Of a stretch of 64,000 bases of DNA, positions 1-13,511 are shown piece by piece. Each line of letters starts with the position of its first letter. The stretch's first letter is position 1. This DNA is from Octopus sinensis (lineage: Eukaryota): positions 26,102,001 through 26,166,000 of the forward strand of contig NC_043016.1 in the NCBI RefSeq assembly GCF_006345805.1, written 5' to 3'. A model generated the notes under the pieces. The model was not told the origin of the DNA and searched no databases. It saw only the letters and a program-made list of their open reading frames with translations. The position numbers were made by a program, and so were the translations under genes.

Positions 1-1120
1 CCTCACTGCATCCTCCAAGATTACATAAAGCCTCTGGTGATCTTTCTTAATCACATCCAGTCATCTATTTAGTACAAGGCCTGCCACAAGGCCTCTTCCA
101 GATGGCAGTTGCTGTGTCGAACAAGAGTAAGAGGCTCTGGTAGGATGATCTGGTAGGAAGTAGAGAACATGTCTGTACCAATGCTTGTGGTGGATAGCTA
201 TGAGGTGGGAAGCTGTGGGGTGATGTGAGTGCACATAGTTCTTCATTGGAAACATGAAGGGACCATCTGATGATCTCAATGGTTCTCAGGGATTTGCTAT
301 CGAAGTTGTTGATCCTCTTTACCAGGGTCTTTTTGCGGGGCCATGTTTCTGCTCCATAGAGGAGAACTGACATGTTGTAGATGCAGAGTTTTGACTTCCG
401 AGAGATAGAGCAGTGGCACCAACGGGGCTTCCATTGGGAGTACATGACCCTGGCGGCCAGACCACATCTGTGATTGATTTCCAGGGTCAGTTCACCATTG
501 CTGGTAACTGCAGAGCCCAGGTAAATGTAGGAGCTAACAAACTCCATAATGTCAGGGCCAATATGGAGAGGAGGAGGGTCTGGACTATCGTCGACATGCA
601 TCAGCTTGGTCTTCACCCAATTCACCTGAAGGCCAAACTTTGCTGATTCTTCTCTGTAAATGATCAGTGCATCTCTGAGCTAGTTGATCAAGTCACTAAA
701 TAGGATGGTATCCTCTGCATACTCCAGGTCTGTAAGGTGGTAGTTCCCAAATGTAATATCAGACACTCACTCACTGACTTTGGTCATCAGATGACTGATG
801 ACACAGCTGAAGAGGTCAGGGGCAGCTATGCAGCTCTGTCTGATTCCACTGTTGATGGAAAACCAGCCAGAGTTCTTCCCATTCACCCACACATAACTCT
901 TGGCACTGCTATAGAGCTGCTGGGACAAGGTGGTGATCTTGAAAGGCATGCTGACAAGCTTGAGAATTTTCCAGAGGGATTTATGGTTAACCATGTCAAA
1001 TGCTGCCTTGAGGTCAACGAAGATAATGTAGAGGTAGTGATATTTGAGGAACTCCCAAGATCTTTCAATAATAAGACAAAGGGCAAAAATATGGTTGGCA
1101 ATAGATTGATTTAACATGAA
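1..1120 (-). mobile_element. Decayed RTE-like non-LTR retrotransposon, reverse transcriptase region
   Basis: Minus-strand ORF pieces carry RT motifs IFVDLKAAFDMVNH..LWKIL, GIRQSCIAAPDLFS, YIYLGS and LLYGAETW, split by frameshifts. Confidence 0.85.
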
Positions 1121-1274
1121 TGCAGCTTGTTGTAGGTGGCATCTGCTTCTAAGGGCAGGAAGAGCATGGCTAAGGATGAAAATAAAATGACAGATATGTT
1201 CAGTGTTCTAAATATGAGGATGAAGAATGGCAGGAAAACTGAAAAAAAAATAACAAAGTAAATTAAAGACTTAC

Positions 1275-1346
1275 ATAAGCAATAGTTTTGTTGTCAAGTT
1301 CTCGAACTAAAGGAAAACTATCTCCACCATCTTTCATATTCTGTAC
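1275..1346 (-). CDS. ENDOV: Endonuclease V, coding exon (72 nt; VQNMKDGGDSFPLVRELDNKTIAY)
   Basis: ttcttcag acceptor, gtaagt donor, phase 0/0; GDSFPL matches the EndoV motif. Downstream exons lie beyond the window start. Confidence 0.9.
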
Positions 1347-1436
1347 CTGAAGAACATAGGAAATGAGTTGATAGCTATACTGTAATGTTGTGAATTGTAT
1401 GTGTGAGAGCAAGTATATGTATATATACATACATAT

Positions 1437-1760
1437 ATCATCATCATCATCATCGTTTAAACGTCCGTTTTCCGTGCTAGCACAGTTTGGACGGTTTGAC
1501 CGGGGTCTGGGAAGCCAGGGGCTGCACCAGGCTCCAGTCTGATCTGGCAGAGTTTCTACAACTGGATGCCCTCCCTAACGCCAACCACTCCGCGAGTGTA
1601 GTGGGTGCTTTTTACGTGCCACCTGCACAGGTGCCAGGGGAATCCGGCATCGTCCACAATCGGTTGGTTCTTTTAACGTGCCACCGGCACGGAAGCCATC
1701 CAAAACGGTGGCGCTGGCATCGGCCACATTCGGATGGTACTTTTCATGTACCACCGGCAC
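1437..1760 (-). mobile_element. (ATG)n-tailed SINE / RTE-3'-end family copy
   Basis: catcatcatcgtttaaacgtccg...ctggatgccctccctaacgccaaccactcc block recurs many times in the window (e.g. ~22.45, 39.8, 41.3, 53.9, 55.45 kb). Confidence 0.75.
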
Positions 1761-1952
1761 TATATATATATATATATACATATATATATCTACATACAAA
1801 TATACATGCCCACAGTCAAATGACTGAAACAAGTAAAAGAGTAAAAGAGTAACAAATGTTCTTTTAATGAAGTCCTCTGTAATATTTGTCATGCACTAAG
1901 TTACAAACACTCCCTTGTCACACTTACCATCAGAAATTCAATATATCTAAAG

Positions 1953-2137
1953 CTGGGTTTCCCAACCAGGGGTGTTTCACACCTCTTGGGGGCACAAGCA
2001 GGGCTGGATTTATAGGGGGTCAAAGAAGGTAATTGCCCTGGGCACGTTTATTCTTATATAAATTATTATCTTAAGGAGTGCGAGAACATATTAAAAGTTT
2101 TAGGGGTGTGGGGCATAACAAAGGTTGGGAACCACTG
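1953..2137. mobile_element. hAT (Charlie-like) MITE
   Basis: TIRs ctgggtttcccaacc / ggttgggaaccactg; exact 8-bp TSD ATCTAAAG at 1945-1952 and 2138-2145. Confidence 0.85.
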
Positions 2138-2487
2138 ATCTAAAGAATGGGTTTTTTAAAATTTGTAATCAGCAGTACTTGTCATCACTGTTGTTCACAA
2201 GTGGTAATGTAAAAAAAATATAAGCACTCAATAAGTTAACCAATTGCCAAACAAATCTAACAGAAGTACTCATTGATCTTTTTTTGGCTTCAGAATTAGT
2301 GTCATGGCAGAAAGGGAGACAGAAGTATTAAAGACTTCGTATATTAGAATTGTTTATTACATATGGACTGTGATCATCACAACTATTGATTTCTAATTAG
2401 TTTAATTAGTGCATAAAATTATTAAAAAATCAAAACTAGTGGCAACTGACAACAAGTTAGAAAATGGAATTATTGAAAATTACAAAC

Positions 2488-2600
2488 CTTTTCATAGAAA
2501 CTGCTATCCTTCTGAATTCCATGGCAATAAAAAAGAGATTTAGCAACACCAATACTGGGTATATCCAAGTCTATTCCAACATGGCAAGCTAAACCAAGAT
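2488..2600 (-). CDS. ENDOV: Endonuclease V, coding exon (113 nt; (D)LGLACHVGIDLDIPSIGVAKSLFYCHGIQKDSSFYEK)
   Basis: ttcctttcag acceptor, gtttgt donor, phase 1/0; GLACHxG and PxIGVAK EndoV motifs. Confidence 0.95.
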
Positions 2601-2669
2601 CTGAAAGGAAGAAAGATGGTTATCAATAGGGAGAGAGACGGTGGAAAAGGGAGAGAGAGTGAAGGGGGA

Positions 2670-2711
2670 AAGAGAGAGAGAGAGAGAGAAGAGAAAGAGA
2701 GACAGAAGGGG

Positions 2712-2770
<59 letters not shown>
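2670..2770. repeat. (AG)n microsatellite
   Basis: Direct inspection. Confidence 0.9.
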
Positions 2771-2772
<2 letters not shown>

Positions 2773-3172
2773 AACAGAGAGTGTGTAAAGGACATCTTAG
2801 AGAGTATAGGTCAATAGAACAACTACACAGAAAATAATAATGGCTAAATCTTAACACTGATCAACTACTACTACAACTGATAACAATAGCAATGATGATA
2901 ATGGTAATGATGATGATGGCAGTGGTGGCATAATGTGTTCCTGAGCCACACACTCAACCATCAAGTGTCCAGTCTATCTAATTGTAAGTAGGCATCACAA
3001 AATGTGGTATAGTTCACTATACTGTGTCCATGACCAACACTCCTGTCAGCAGTCCAGTCTAACAAGCTGTAAGTAGGTACCACAGTGTGGTATAGTTCAC
3101 TGTACAGTGTCCATGAACAACACAATTGTCAACAATTCAGTCTAGTTATAAATATGTATAGCAGGAATAGGT

Positions 3173-3468
3173 GGAGGCACATGGTCCAGTGGTTAGAGCA
3201 GCGGACTTGTGGTTGAGGGATCGCAGGTTCGAATCTCAGACTGGGCGATGTGTGTGTTTATGAGTGAAATACTTAAGCTCCACATGGCACCGGCAGAAGG
3301 TAATGGCGAACATCTGCTGACTCTTTTACACAACTTTCTCTCACTCTTTCTTCTTGCATCTCACCTATGACAGACCAATGTCTTGTCCAGGGGAGGGGGG
3401 ACCTATATGCCAATGAAACCAGAAAACCAACCCTTATGAGCCAGGCATGGCTTGGGAAGGAACAAACA
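3173..3468 (+). mobile_element. tRNA-derived SINE
   Basis: A-box (tggtccagtggttagagc) and B-box (ggttcgaatct) head followed by a body shared with copies at ~12590, ~24010 and ~48344. Confidence 0.75.
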
Positions 3469-3990
3469 TACCAGTAATGTATAATCCATCATCTTAAGTA
3501 CTGATATTTCTATGAAATTCTCAGCTGATTCATTGTCTTGCATTATAGCTTTCAATGCCGCCAATAAAAATATTTTCCTTTGATAGACTCCGTCATTATC
3601 GAAAGGAAGATTTGCCTATCATTGATACTGCACCTAACACTACTATACTTTGTTTTGGTGTTAAGCACTGGTCTTATCTATCCTTGTGATTTTGTAGGAA
3701 GAATGCACGTAAGGAAAATAATTATTGATTTTAAAACTTTGGCACAAGGCCAGTAATTTCAGGAGAAGGGGTAAGTTTAGTACTCGTTTTATAGACCCTG
3801 GAAAGACGAAATGTAAAAGTCAACCTCGACAGAATTTGAACTTAGAATGTGAAGATAGATGAAACACCACTAAACATTTCACCTGGTGTGTTAACAATTC
3901 AGCCAGCTCACTGCCTTAATAAGGAAAATAATTATTGATAATAATTTAAATTGGTTGGTGACATGATGTTTTGAGGGGATTACTTCTTAC

Positions 3991-4030
3991 CTCTTGGATG
4001 TAGAATACCATTTCCATCAATCATAAGAAC
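3991..4030 (-). CDS. ENDOV: Endonuclease V, 40-nt coding exon (VLMIDGNGILHPR)
   Basis: ttcaacag acceptor, gtaaga donor, phase 0/1; contains the catalytic DGNG motif. Confidence 0.95.
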
Positions 4031-6324
4031 CTGTTGAAGAAATATATAATGAAATTTTTGATAAATTCTAAAACTGTTAGTGTTAGATGTTGTTGTTGCA
4101 ATGTATGTCACATTAGGTGCACAGTTGTCAAGAAAATTGTAGTATCATGGATACATGAAATAACTACATCACTGACATACATTGTTGACCAATAGTAACA
4201 ACTAGTGAGAGGTGCTTGTGACAAGGAACAATAAAAAAGAACAACACGACAGTGATGTCATTGTTACACAAATTTGGGTAGCACTGCAAATAACCTGATC
4301 AAAGTTATTTAAGGATAGCAAGTGAATTTTTCATTAGTGCTGTATGAAATGAAAAAAACAATAACTTCTAGATGTGTGCATACGAGATAACAAAGAAATT
4401 TCTATGTGGTTGTTGCTAACCTGTTAGAAATAGCAGCCAAATCTCCCTCTGTGATTTATATGATTTGACAATGAGACAAGAAAATATTGATTTCAAATTT
4501 TGGCACAAGGCCAGGATTTTTGAGGGAGGGATTAATGAGCTTGAAAGGATGAAAGGTAAAGTCAACCTTGGTGAAATTTGAACTCAGAACATAAAGATGG
4601 GTGAAATACAGGTATGCATTTTGTTCAGCATGCTAACGATTCAGCCAGCTATCTGCCTTATGAGACAAGAAAATATTGTCAAACACTATTTTTTGCTTTG
4701 CTCTTTTTAAGACAATTATATTGTCTCCATACCATGATGGGGGTCTGTACGTAGCAAGGCTAACAAGAGAAGGGTTCAGGTGGTATATCAGTCCAGGGAT
4801 CAGATATTTAAGGGGGTGGCTGAATATCCAAGAAGTGGTTCTGTGAATTTCTGATGGGAGTTGAAGGGAAGGCCCACTCACTTCTGATGTAGGTACCAAA
4901 AGAATTTCTGATGAGTGAAAGTGGTCACCACCTACTTTGAAGGTAGAGGTTTCAAAGCAACATCAATCTGCCTTGCAAAATTTCTCTTGGACTTTGGAGG
5001 CCCTACTACATGGCCATTCAATCTGTTAGAAGTAACAACCAAATATCTCTTAAAATACAGCTTGCAAACTTAAAAAAATAGGGAGGACAAATTGAATATA
5101 AAGTAATTTCATATAGACAACACCTAAAATTTGAAAAATGGTAAATTCGATGCAGGGATTCTATTAATTGTAGTTTTACTCAAACAGGATTGGTCTGATG
5201 CTAAACAACAACAACAGCAGCAACACTGATACCCACTATCACTGCCACCGCCATTGTCATCATCATCAATCTCAGCCCTAGCCTGATGCTATACAGTTGC
5301 AAAACAACCTCCTCATCCCCACCTCACAGCCACACCTATGCTTATACAACTTATGCAGGTGCTCAAAGACATTGTTTTAAGTAAATTTATGAAATATTTA
5401 TTTTGAGTTCAGCCTTAGAATAAACCAATCCCAGAATTCCTCATTGATGTACTTTAGTCAACACGGCTGTAACTGAGATGTGGCATTCATTATTTACCAG
5501 GAGAGAAAATGCCGTATTAAGGATGTCATAGATGTTGATGTTGATGTGACAGAGTCTTTTAAAAAGAACTATCCACTTCCTGGATTGTTTCTCTGACATT
5601 CAGCTTATCTTGGAGCATCAACAGTGCATTGGTGAGAGAGAGAGAGAGTGTGTGTGTGTGTAAGTGCATACAAATGTTAATGACTTAAGAAAAACAGCAA
5701 AGCCAACAAAATTTATGAAGGAAGGCAACATCTGGACGTTAGTTTTCTGTGGTGGATGTGAAACTCATACAAAAGAACACTGAAGCTTACACTAATCTCT
5801 CTCTGTCTTTCTCTTTCTCTCTCCCTCTGTCTCTCTTTCACTCTCTCTCTCTCTCTGTCACGCACATACTGTTGACTATTCAATATATCACCGAAAGTGG
5901 ACAGTTATGTAACACTTTAACAAAACAACCCAGGGATTTACATAGAAAATATCTTAATGTGACATTCTACAACCACATTTGCACAGAGAGAAAGCGAGCG
6001 AGAGAGAGAGAGAGATAGTGAGACAGACAGGCAGACAGATACACATGTGGTAGTGGTGGTGGTGGTGGTAAAGAGAGAGTTAGTTATTCATTTCTTTCTT
6101 CAGTTGTCTGCACAAAGACCAATCAAACATTTATCTTTGCTTAATGTTTGAACATAGTTTACAGACAGTTATGAATTGCTTTGTACAATTGGTCGGTCAA
6201 CATTAATCATCATGAATCACCACTTGCTACCATCATCACCGCAACCACCACCACCACCATCACCAATAGTACAACATCTCCACCTCCACCACAACTCCAC
6301 CATCATAACCATCACTACCATTGC

Positions 6325-6696
6325 CACCACTGTTGCTACAGATCCCTTTGATTACTATTCTATTCTGGTGGACCCCCATAGCCCTTCAATGCTTAAAAAC
6401 TACTTTTATAGATATTCTTTCAAAATTCCTATTCTGCCTTTCACACATTCATTTTTATAGATCTGCAGAGGACTCTGTGAGAGAACATGTTTCACTGACA
6501 GCAGACATGCTGAGTATTAAGTATTAGAGTAAGTAACCTAGCTGTTACTTGCCATATATATATGTCTAAAGAAAAATTTTCCCATGTACCCTAAAATACT
6601 ACTGTAGATCCCCAATCTATTATTTTGCTCACATGAACCCCTTAAAGTTCTTTATGGATCCCCAGAGGTCATATGAATCCCAGTTGAGAACCACTG
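6325..6696. mobile_element. hAT-like MITE, inverted relative to the copy at 14625-14918
   Basis: Ends in gttgagaaccactg; internal sequence is the reverse complement of part of 14625-14918. Left boundary approximate. Confidence 0.6.
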
Positions 6697-7162
6697 TTCA
6701 GCTAATTACACCAGGTAAAAGACTAGTAATTTTATGACTGGTGGGGGCATTAATCAATTACATTGCTCCTAGTAGTTAACTGGTACTTTATTTTATTAAC
6801 CCCCCGCCCCATTCATCCCACCCAAAATGAAAAGTAAAAATAATCTTGACAGGATTTGAACTCAGAATGGAAGAAACACAATAGCAGCAGCAGCAGGTGG
6901 AGGAGGAGAAGGAGAAGGAGAAGAAGAAGAAGCAGAAGAAGAACTTCAACAAGAACATAAACAACATTTATTCTCCATGCAACTAATATAATATGAAAAA
7001 CTGCAACAATGGAAACACAAAAAAGGGCCTTAACAATAACAACAAAAACCATTATCCAGGCAACACTAAGCTGGATTACAATAAAAGCAACAACAACAAA
7101 TAAACATATATCACATAAAAACATCAAAGTTTTTTTTTTTTTTCTGAGTGTTTTCAACTTAC

Positions 7163-7297
7163 GTGTGGAAAAAAGGGCAGGTTTTCTTTTTTCATATCAT
7201 TGAAAAGACTCTTAACACAAGGACCTTCACGGAAGGCAAGGAAACTTGGGATATATTCCAGTAGGTTATCAAAGTGTTTATATTTGGTGTAGACAAC
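7163..7297 (-). CDS. ENDOV: Endonuclease V, coding exon (135 nt; VVYTKYKHFDNLLEYIPSFLAFREGPCVKSLFNDMKKENLPFFPH)
   Basis: ttccctcag acceptor, gtaagt donor, phase 0/0; YIPxFLAFRE wedge and catalytic Glu motif. Confidence 0.95.
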
Positions 7298-8032
7298 CTG
7301 AGGGAATATAAAAGGAGAAATAAAAGTGATAGACAAAAGCAGCATGGATGGTTGTGCAGTTAAGAAGTTTACTTCACAACCACAAGGCTTCAGGTTCAAT
7401 CTCACAGTGTGACACCTTAGGAAAATGTCTTTTGTTGTAGTTCCAGGGCTGATGAAAGCCTTATGATGGCAGCTGAAAGAAACCTGTTGTGTGTGTGTGT
7501 GTGTGTGCGTGTGTATTGTTATTTTCATTTCATTTCAATTTCAGCTAGACTCCCATCCCTGTTGCAAAATGCTTATGAGATAAATTTATAGATTAAAAAT
7601 GCACACGTATATTAATTTAGTATTAATATTTTAACGATAAGAATGATAATTATTATTAAATACTACAGCTTTCCTTCCGTGCCCGAACTAACTATATGAT
7701 GTCTAAGCTTAGTTTACACCAGCAGCGTCTTTCGTATATTTAAAATACATTCCCAAATATCATTCCTTCCCCTTGCTGATGCCCTTGAATCAACAACTTG
7801 CTCATTTGCAATTTCTTGAATCAACAACTAAGTTTTCGTTATTATTATTCAAATGTGAATTAGTCAATGAATCTAGGATTCCCCCATTTCTTTCAATATC
7901 TGGTTGCTAAGGCCATATGTAATTTTCAATTCATTTCAATTTCAGCCAGACTCCCATTCCTGTTGCAAAATGCTTATGAGATGAATTTATCGATTAAAAA
8001 TATATATGTATGTTAATTTAGTATTAATATTT

Positions 8033-8407
8033 TACTTGTTTCAGTCATTTGACTGTGGCCATGCTCGAGCACCGCTTTTAGTCGAGCAAATTGACACCAG
8101 GACTTATTCTTTGTAAGACTAGTACTTATTCTATTGGTCTCTTTTGCTGAACTGCTAAATTACGGGGATGTAAACACACCAGCATCAGTTGTCAAGCGAT
8201 GTTGGGGGGACAAACACAGACACACACACATGTATACATATATACAACAGGCTTCTTCCAGTTTCCATCTACCAAATTCACTCACAAGGTTTTGGTTGGC
8301 CTGAGGCTATAGTAGAAGACTCTTGCTCAAGGTGCCAAGCAGTGGGACTGAACCTGGAACCATGTGGTTGGTAAGGAAGCTACTTACCACACAGCCACTC
8401 CTACGCC
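8033..8407 (-). mobile_element. Abundant tRNA-derived SINE (family A)
   Basis: Reverse complement of the copies at 31562 and 52467; further copies at ~19.8, 21.7, 23.3 and 32.1 kb. Confidence 0.8.
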
Positions 8408-8929
8408 TATATTCATAATTACTGTTAAATACTATGGCTCTCCTTCCATGCCTGAACTAGCTATATGGTGTGAGCTTACACAAGGACTGCTCAATGTCCA
8501 TTCTGCACACCCGTTATGCCCACTCATTCTTCCCCACCATTTTAATTTGTACATTAACATATTCACTTGGCAACTCAAGTTTCATGTGCTGTGTATGTGA
8601 ATACATATATTTTGTGCATACCCTTATACCTCTTTCCTTATAGCCCTCATACAAGTGCCCTCATGTGTGTCATATATAGTTGAATATTTAGACATACAAT
8701 ACTTAAACTGCTCTACGTAACCAACCTATTCTCATACCCACTTGTTGGCTTTTGCTCTAGATGTTGCACGAGGTGGGGGAGACTGTAGCTCATTGTATTT
8801 CACTGAATAAACTCTGTATCAAAGCTCTATGCAAGCTATCAAGCATTTTCTCAGATCTTTGTTTCAGGTGATGACAAAATTCCAACAACTACCTTACTGC
8901 AACCACCCTCAAGTACTCAATTTCAGGGC

Positions 8930-9245
8930 CACTACCATCAATGTTGGCACAATGAAAGGAAGGAGTGGGGAGATTGTTGAAATGCTAGAGTGATGTCATG
9001 TTGATGTATGTGGTGTACAAGGAGTAAGATGGAGTGGAGCCTCAGCTATATTCCTCATGGGTAAGAGACAGAGATTCAAATTCTTCTGGGTCGGCAGGAA
9101 TGATGGAGTGGGTGGAGTAAGCATACTGTTAGCAGAAAAGTGGGTAGATAAGGTAATTGAAGTAGTCAAAGTATGTGATAGGATAATTAAGATGAGACTA
9201 TCATAGGTAAATTAACAGTTACATTTATCTCTACTTATGCCCCTC
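8930..9245 (+). mobile_element. RTE-like LINE apurinic endonuclease fragment
   Basis: Decayed reading TINVGTMKGRSGEIVEML..VDVCGVQ.VRW.G...FFWVG...GVGGV.ILLAEKWVDKVIEV..CDRII..R..TFISTYAP. Confidence 0.8.
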
Positions 9246-9381
9246 ATGGAAAAGTACAAGGATTGTGAAGTAACTGTTAAAATGATGATAATGAAGTGGA
9301 AGAGGAGAAAGAAAGGGAGATGATAATGATGATGATGAGATTATCCACCAAAAATGGGGATAAATTCAAGGCTGGAATTAC

Positions 9382-9550
9382 CTCTAATTCAGGAAATGTT
9401 AATACAGCCAAAGCAATACATGCTTTTCCATCATCTTGGAATGAAACATCAACACCGCCAATGTAATAAGTACCATCCTTATTTTCTTTGATTTCCTGAA
9501 ATATCTTGTCATCTTCCAATATGAGTTTCTCTCTGAGTAAATCTTCTTCT
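9382..9550 (-). CDS. ENDOV: Endonuclease V, coding exon (169 nt; EEDLLREKLILEDD...YYIGGVDVSFQDDGKACIALAVLTFPELE)
   Basis: tacttcag acceptor, gtaatt donor, phase 2/0; GGVDVSF contains the first catalytic Asp. No Met precedes it, so an upstream coding exon is required. Confidence 0.95.
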
Positions 9551-9854
9551 CTGAAGTAGAAAAATGATGTGAAATAATCTATCTCTTGATTAATTTGAAT
9601 TTCTGAATTAAGAATTGTTATTGTTATAATTTTTATTATCATTATTATTAAGGTGGTGAGCTGGCAGAATTGTTAGCACAGCAGGCAAAATGTTTTGTGG
9701 TATTTTATCTGTCTTTATGTTCTAAATTCAAATTCCAAGGTTAACTTTGCTTGGTTAAAACAAGTACCAGTTGAACACTGGGATCGAAATAATTGACTTA
9801 GCCTCTCCTCCAAAATTGCAGACCTCATGCCAAAATTTGAAACCATTACTGTTA

Positions 9855-9891
<37 letters not shown>

Positions 9892-11649
9892 CATTCTCAC
9901 AATGCATCAAAACAATTTGAGTTGAAGTAAAAGAACAATAAAAGAACTATATCCTGTAACCAACAGACACATTTGTCCAATCCCAGGCAAAATCAAAACC
10001 ATCAATATCCCCACAGCAACTTCATAAGAAAATCCATTCTTGGACTCCAATTACATTCACACATCCATCTCAAATAGATGTAGCTTCTTCGGGGTTTTTT
10101 TTTCTTTCAAAAGTTTTCTCTTTTTTCTTTTTCTCTATTACTCTTATAGAATGATAGGTTGTATTCCATCTAATGTGACTCTACTCAGAAGGCTGTAATA
10201 TCATTTGACAGGAACACGGTATAAAGAAGTACATGGAACAAGGTGGTAACTTTAAATACCGTTAATGTGGCTACACATGTGTATACATGCTGAATGATAA
10301 ATGGAAATGGTTTGATGCATGGAAGCTATGGTCTTCTCTTGTGCATTGCCTCCTATCTGCTCACTGGCATGTGGTGTGAGAGAGAAACTAGATCATGTCT
10401 TTACTGCCTGACATCTTGGCAAGAAAAGGGGAAGAAATGAACCTTAATGTTGCTTATACCCTCTACTGGCCAGCTTATTTAAACTTGCTGTCAGGGGAGG
10501 TAACTGCACATACACTCTCTAACTTTAAATCCTCCCCTTCAAACATTCATACGTCGAAATTGACAAGAATTGCCATCATTATTAAATAAAGGGCAATCTA
10601 CGCTACTATAAAAAACAACATGTAAACAATGGAAATAAAAACCAAAATCTTCACCAAATGTGAGTTGGCTAATGAGGGTTACATTTAAGAAACCCTGCAA
10701 AAACCACTGCTATTCTGACTACTAAGGCAAAAAGTCAAGTGTCCTCTCCCAGTTGTCCTTTTCCAATCGACAGGTGCATTCTCAGAGGCTGCATGTTCAC
10801 TCAGACCATGTTTGCCACCCTTGTCTACTTTTCAATAAATAAGCATCTTTCACCAAAGATACCAAACAGATTAAAAAAACTGCTTGCCCTTCACAACCAA
10901 AAAGGCAAATCAACAGTGCATGCATACTGGACAAGTGCATGCAGAACTGTTTCATCAGTCTGGTTAATGGCACCTCAAGAATTTATCTTGAACTAGCATT
11001 GCTTCCTGGTATCATTGTTAAGCCAGAGACTTCTGCAAGTAATTCATGAGACCCTGGCCTGAAAGTCCTCAAGAACAGACCAGCCAGTTAATTTTCAGCT
11101 ATGCCAAGAGTTTACTCAAGAATATTATTGCCACTTGTTATTACCACTAACTACTATAGATCACCAATATGGAACCACTTACCCCACATAGCTGGACTGG
11201 TTGAGCATTTGGTAACATTTTAGATACCTATTGCATAGTCTTGATTGTAGCTTCACTCAGGACTGCAGCTCTGTCAAAGAGACAAGCTGTGGGAAAATAT
11301 GGCTGGACATGTTTTCACTGAAGACTAGAAATGAAGGACACTGCTTGCATGATGGTGGTGACACTCACTTAAAATTATCATGCTACATTAAGATAAGGAG
11401 ACACTAACACACACACACACTCATTCATATGAACAATTCTGTGAGAGCAGACAACAGGGTCTCTTTCCACAAATTATAAGACTAGTTACTTAGTTGTTAA
11501 GTATTGTGTTGAGTATCATGGAAGATACTCAACACCCAAGTACCAATCTCAAAATCCTAGAGCATTTTTTTGGAGGTATGCTTTGCCCTCATGTCAATTC
11601 CAATTTCTCCAACATATTTTTTGAACTTGGTTGTTAGTGCTCTGCGTGT

Positions 11650-11689
<40 letters not shown>

Positions 11690-12421
11690 TAAATGACCCT
11701 GTGCTGTCAAAAATGATGGCTAATTGTAGGATATAAAAAGGGTACAAAAAGGTGAAAAAAAAAATCAAACAGTGCTTCAACTGTGTGTGTGTGCGCACAT
11801 GTATGCATTTATATGTTTTCTATACTTTGTCACAGTTCGTTTCCTTTTTAAGTGTGTCTGTTTATATATATGTGTGTGTGTGTGTGCGTGTGTAAATGCG
11901 CATGTGTCTGTAATTCTATTTTCTATGTATCTTTCTAAATAAACAAATATATAAATATATTTTATACAAACACATTCACGTTCCTCCCTTTTACATGCAC
12001 ACATATATACTCACACAAAGTTGAAGTGCTGTTTGACTTTTGTTTACTTTTCACCATCCCACTTCCGTCGGTGGATCACCCCTTCCTTTCTCATTCATAT
12101 GTTGTGACAGAGAAATACACAAGAGTATGATTATAGTAGATTATTATAGTAGAAGATACATGATGCTTTCTTTGCCACTTCCCCTCTCCCATTGTTATTA
12201 CTTTCTCTCACTCCCTCTCAGTCATGGCTATTACTCTCACTACTTCTCCTTCACTGAATTACTATTTTTTCTCCTCTCCCTTCACCATTCACTCTGTGCA
12301 ACTTAGCGGTTTGGCAAGAGAAACTGATAGATTAAATACTGGGGTCGATTTGCTCGACTAAGGCAGTGTTCCAGCATGACCACAGTCAAATGACTGAAAC
12401 AATTAAAAAAAGAAAAAAGAA

Positions 12422-12469
<48 letters not shown>

Positions 12470-12471
12470 TA

Positions 12472-12517
<46 letters not shown>

Positions 12518-13414
12518 CACACACACAAATATATAAAAACATTATGCTCATTATTATATTAAGAGATTATTATTATTAGTGAAAACACATGGCTCAGTGG
12601 TTAGAGAAACAGGCTTACAATGGTAGGGTTGTGAGTTCAGTTCCCAGACCGGCTGTGTGTTGTGTTCTCGAGCAAGACACTTTATTTCACATTGCTCCAG
12701 TTCACTCATCTGTAGAATTGAGTTGCAACATCACTGGTGCCAAGCTGTATTGGCTTTGCCTTTCTCTTGGATAACATCTGCGGCATGGAGAGGGGAGGCT
12801 GGTACGCAAGGGTGACTTCTTGTCTTCCATAAACAACCTTGCCCGGACTTGTACCTTGGAGGCGAACATTTTAGATGCAATCTCATGATCATTTATGATC
12901 AAAGGGGGTCTTTATTATTATTATTATCATTATTTTTATTATATTATTAAGGTGATGAAGTGGCAGAATCGTTAGCATGCTAGGTGAAATGCTTAGCATC
13001 AGTTCATTTGTCTTTATGTTCTGAGTTCAAATTCCTGCGAAGTTGACTTTGCCTTTTGTCCTCTCAGGGTAAATAAGATAAGTACCAGTTACATACTGGG
13101 GTCAATGTAATCAATTTGCTCTCTCTCCACAATTTCAGGCCTTGTGCCTATAACAGAAAGGATTATTATTATTATTATTATTGAGTGAGAGAGCAGAGCA
13201 TGCCATCAAAGTGACACTGGAGTAAAATATATGAAGCCCAGTATACCCACCATGGCTACCTATCTGATAAGGCTACATCAGGAACATGCATCACAACCAT
13301 ATATGTACAATATAGTGATCTCATATCAAGATAAGCAGTGCATGACCTTGCAAATGGGGCACAGTTAGAATTTTCATCAGGTTGAGTAGCCCATCCTGCT
13401 CAAAAGGTCCTTGA

Positions 13415-13450
<36 letters not shown>

Positions 13451-13511
13451 TAATAATAATAATAATAATAATATTAATAATAATAATAATAATTATAATT
13501 ATTATTATTAT

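Noticed and set aside
6461-6528. Plus-strand pseudo-exon with good AG/GT sites
   Set aside because: Stops in all three frames, lies inside a MITE and is antisense to ENDOV.
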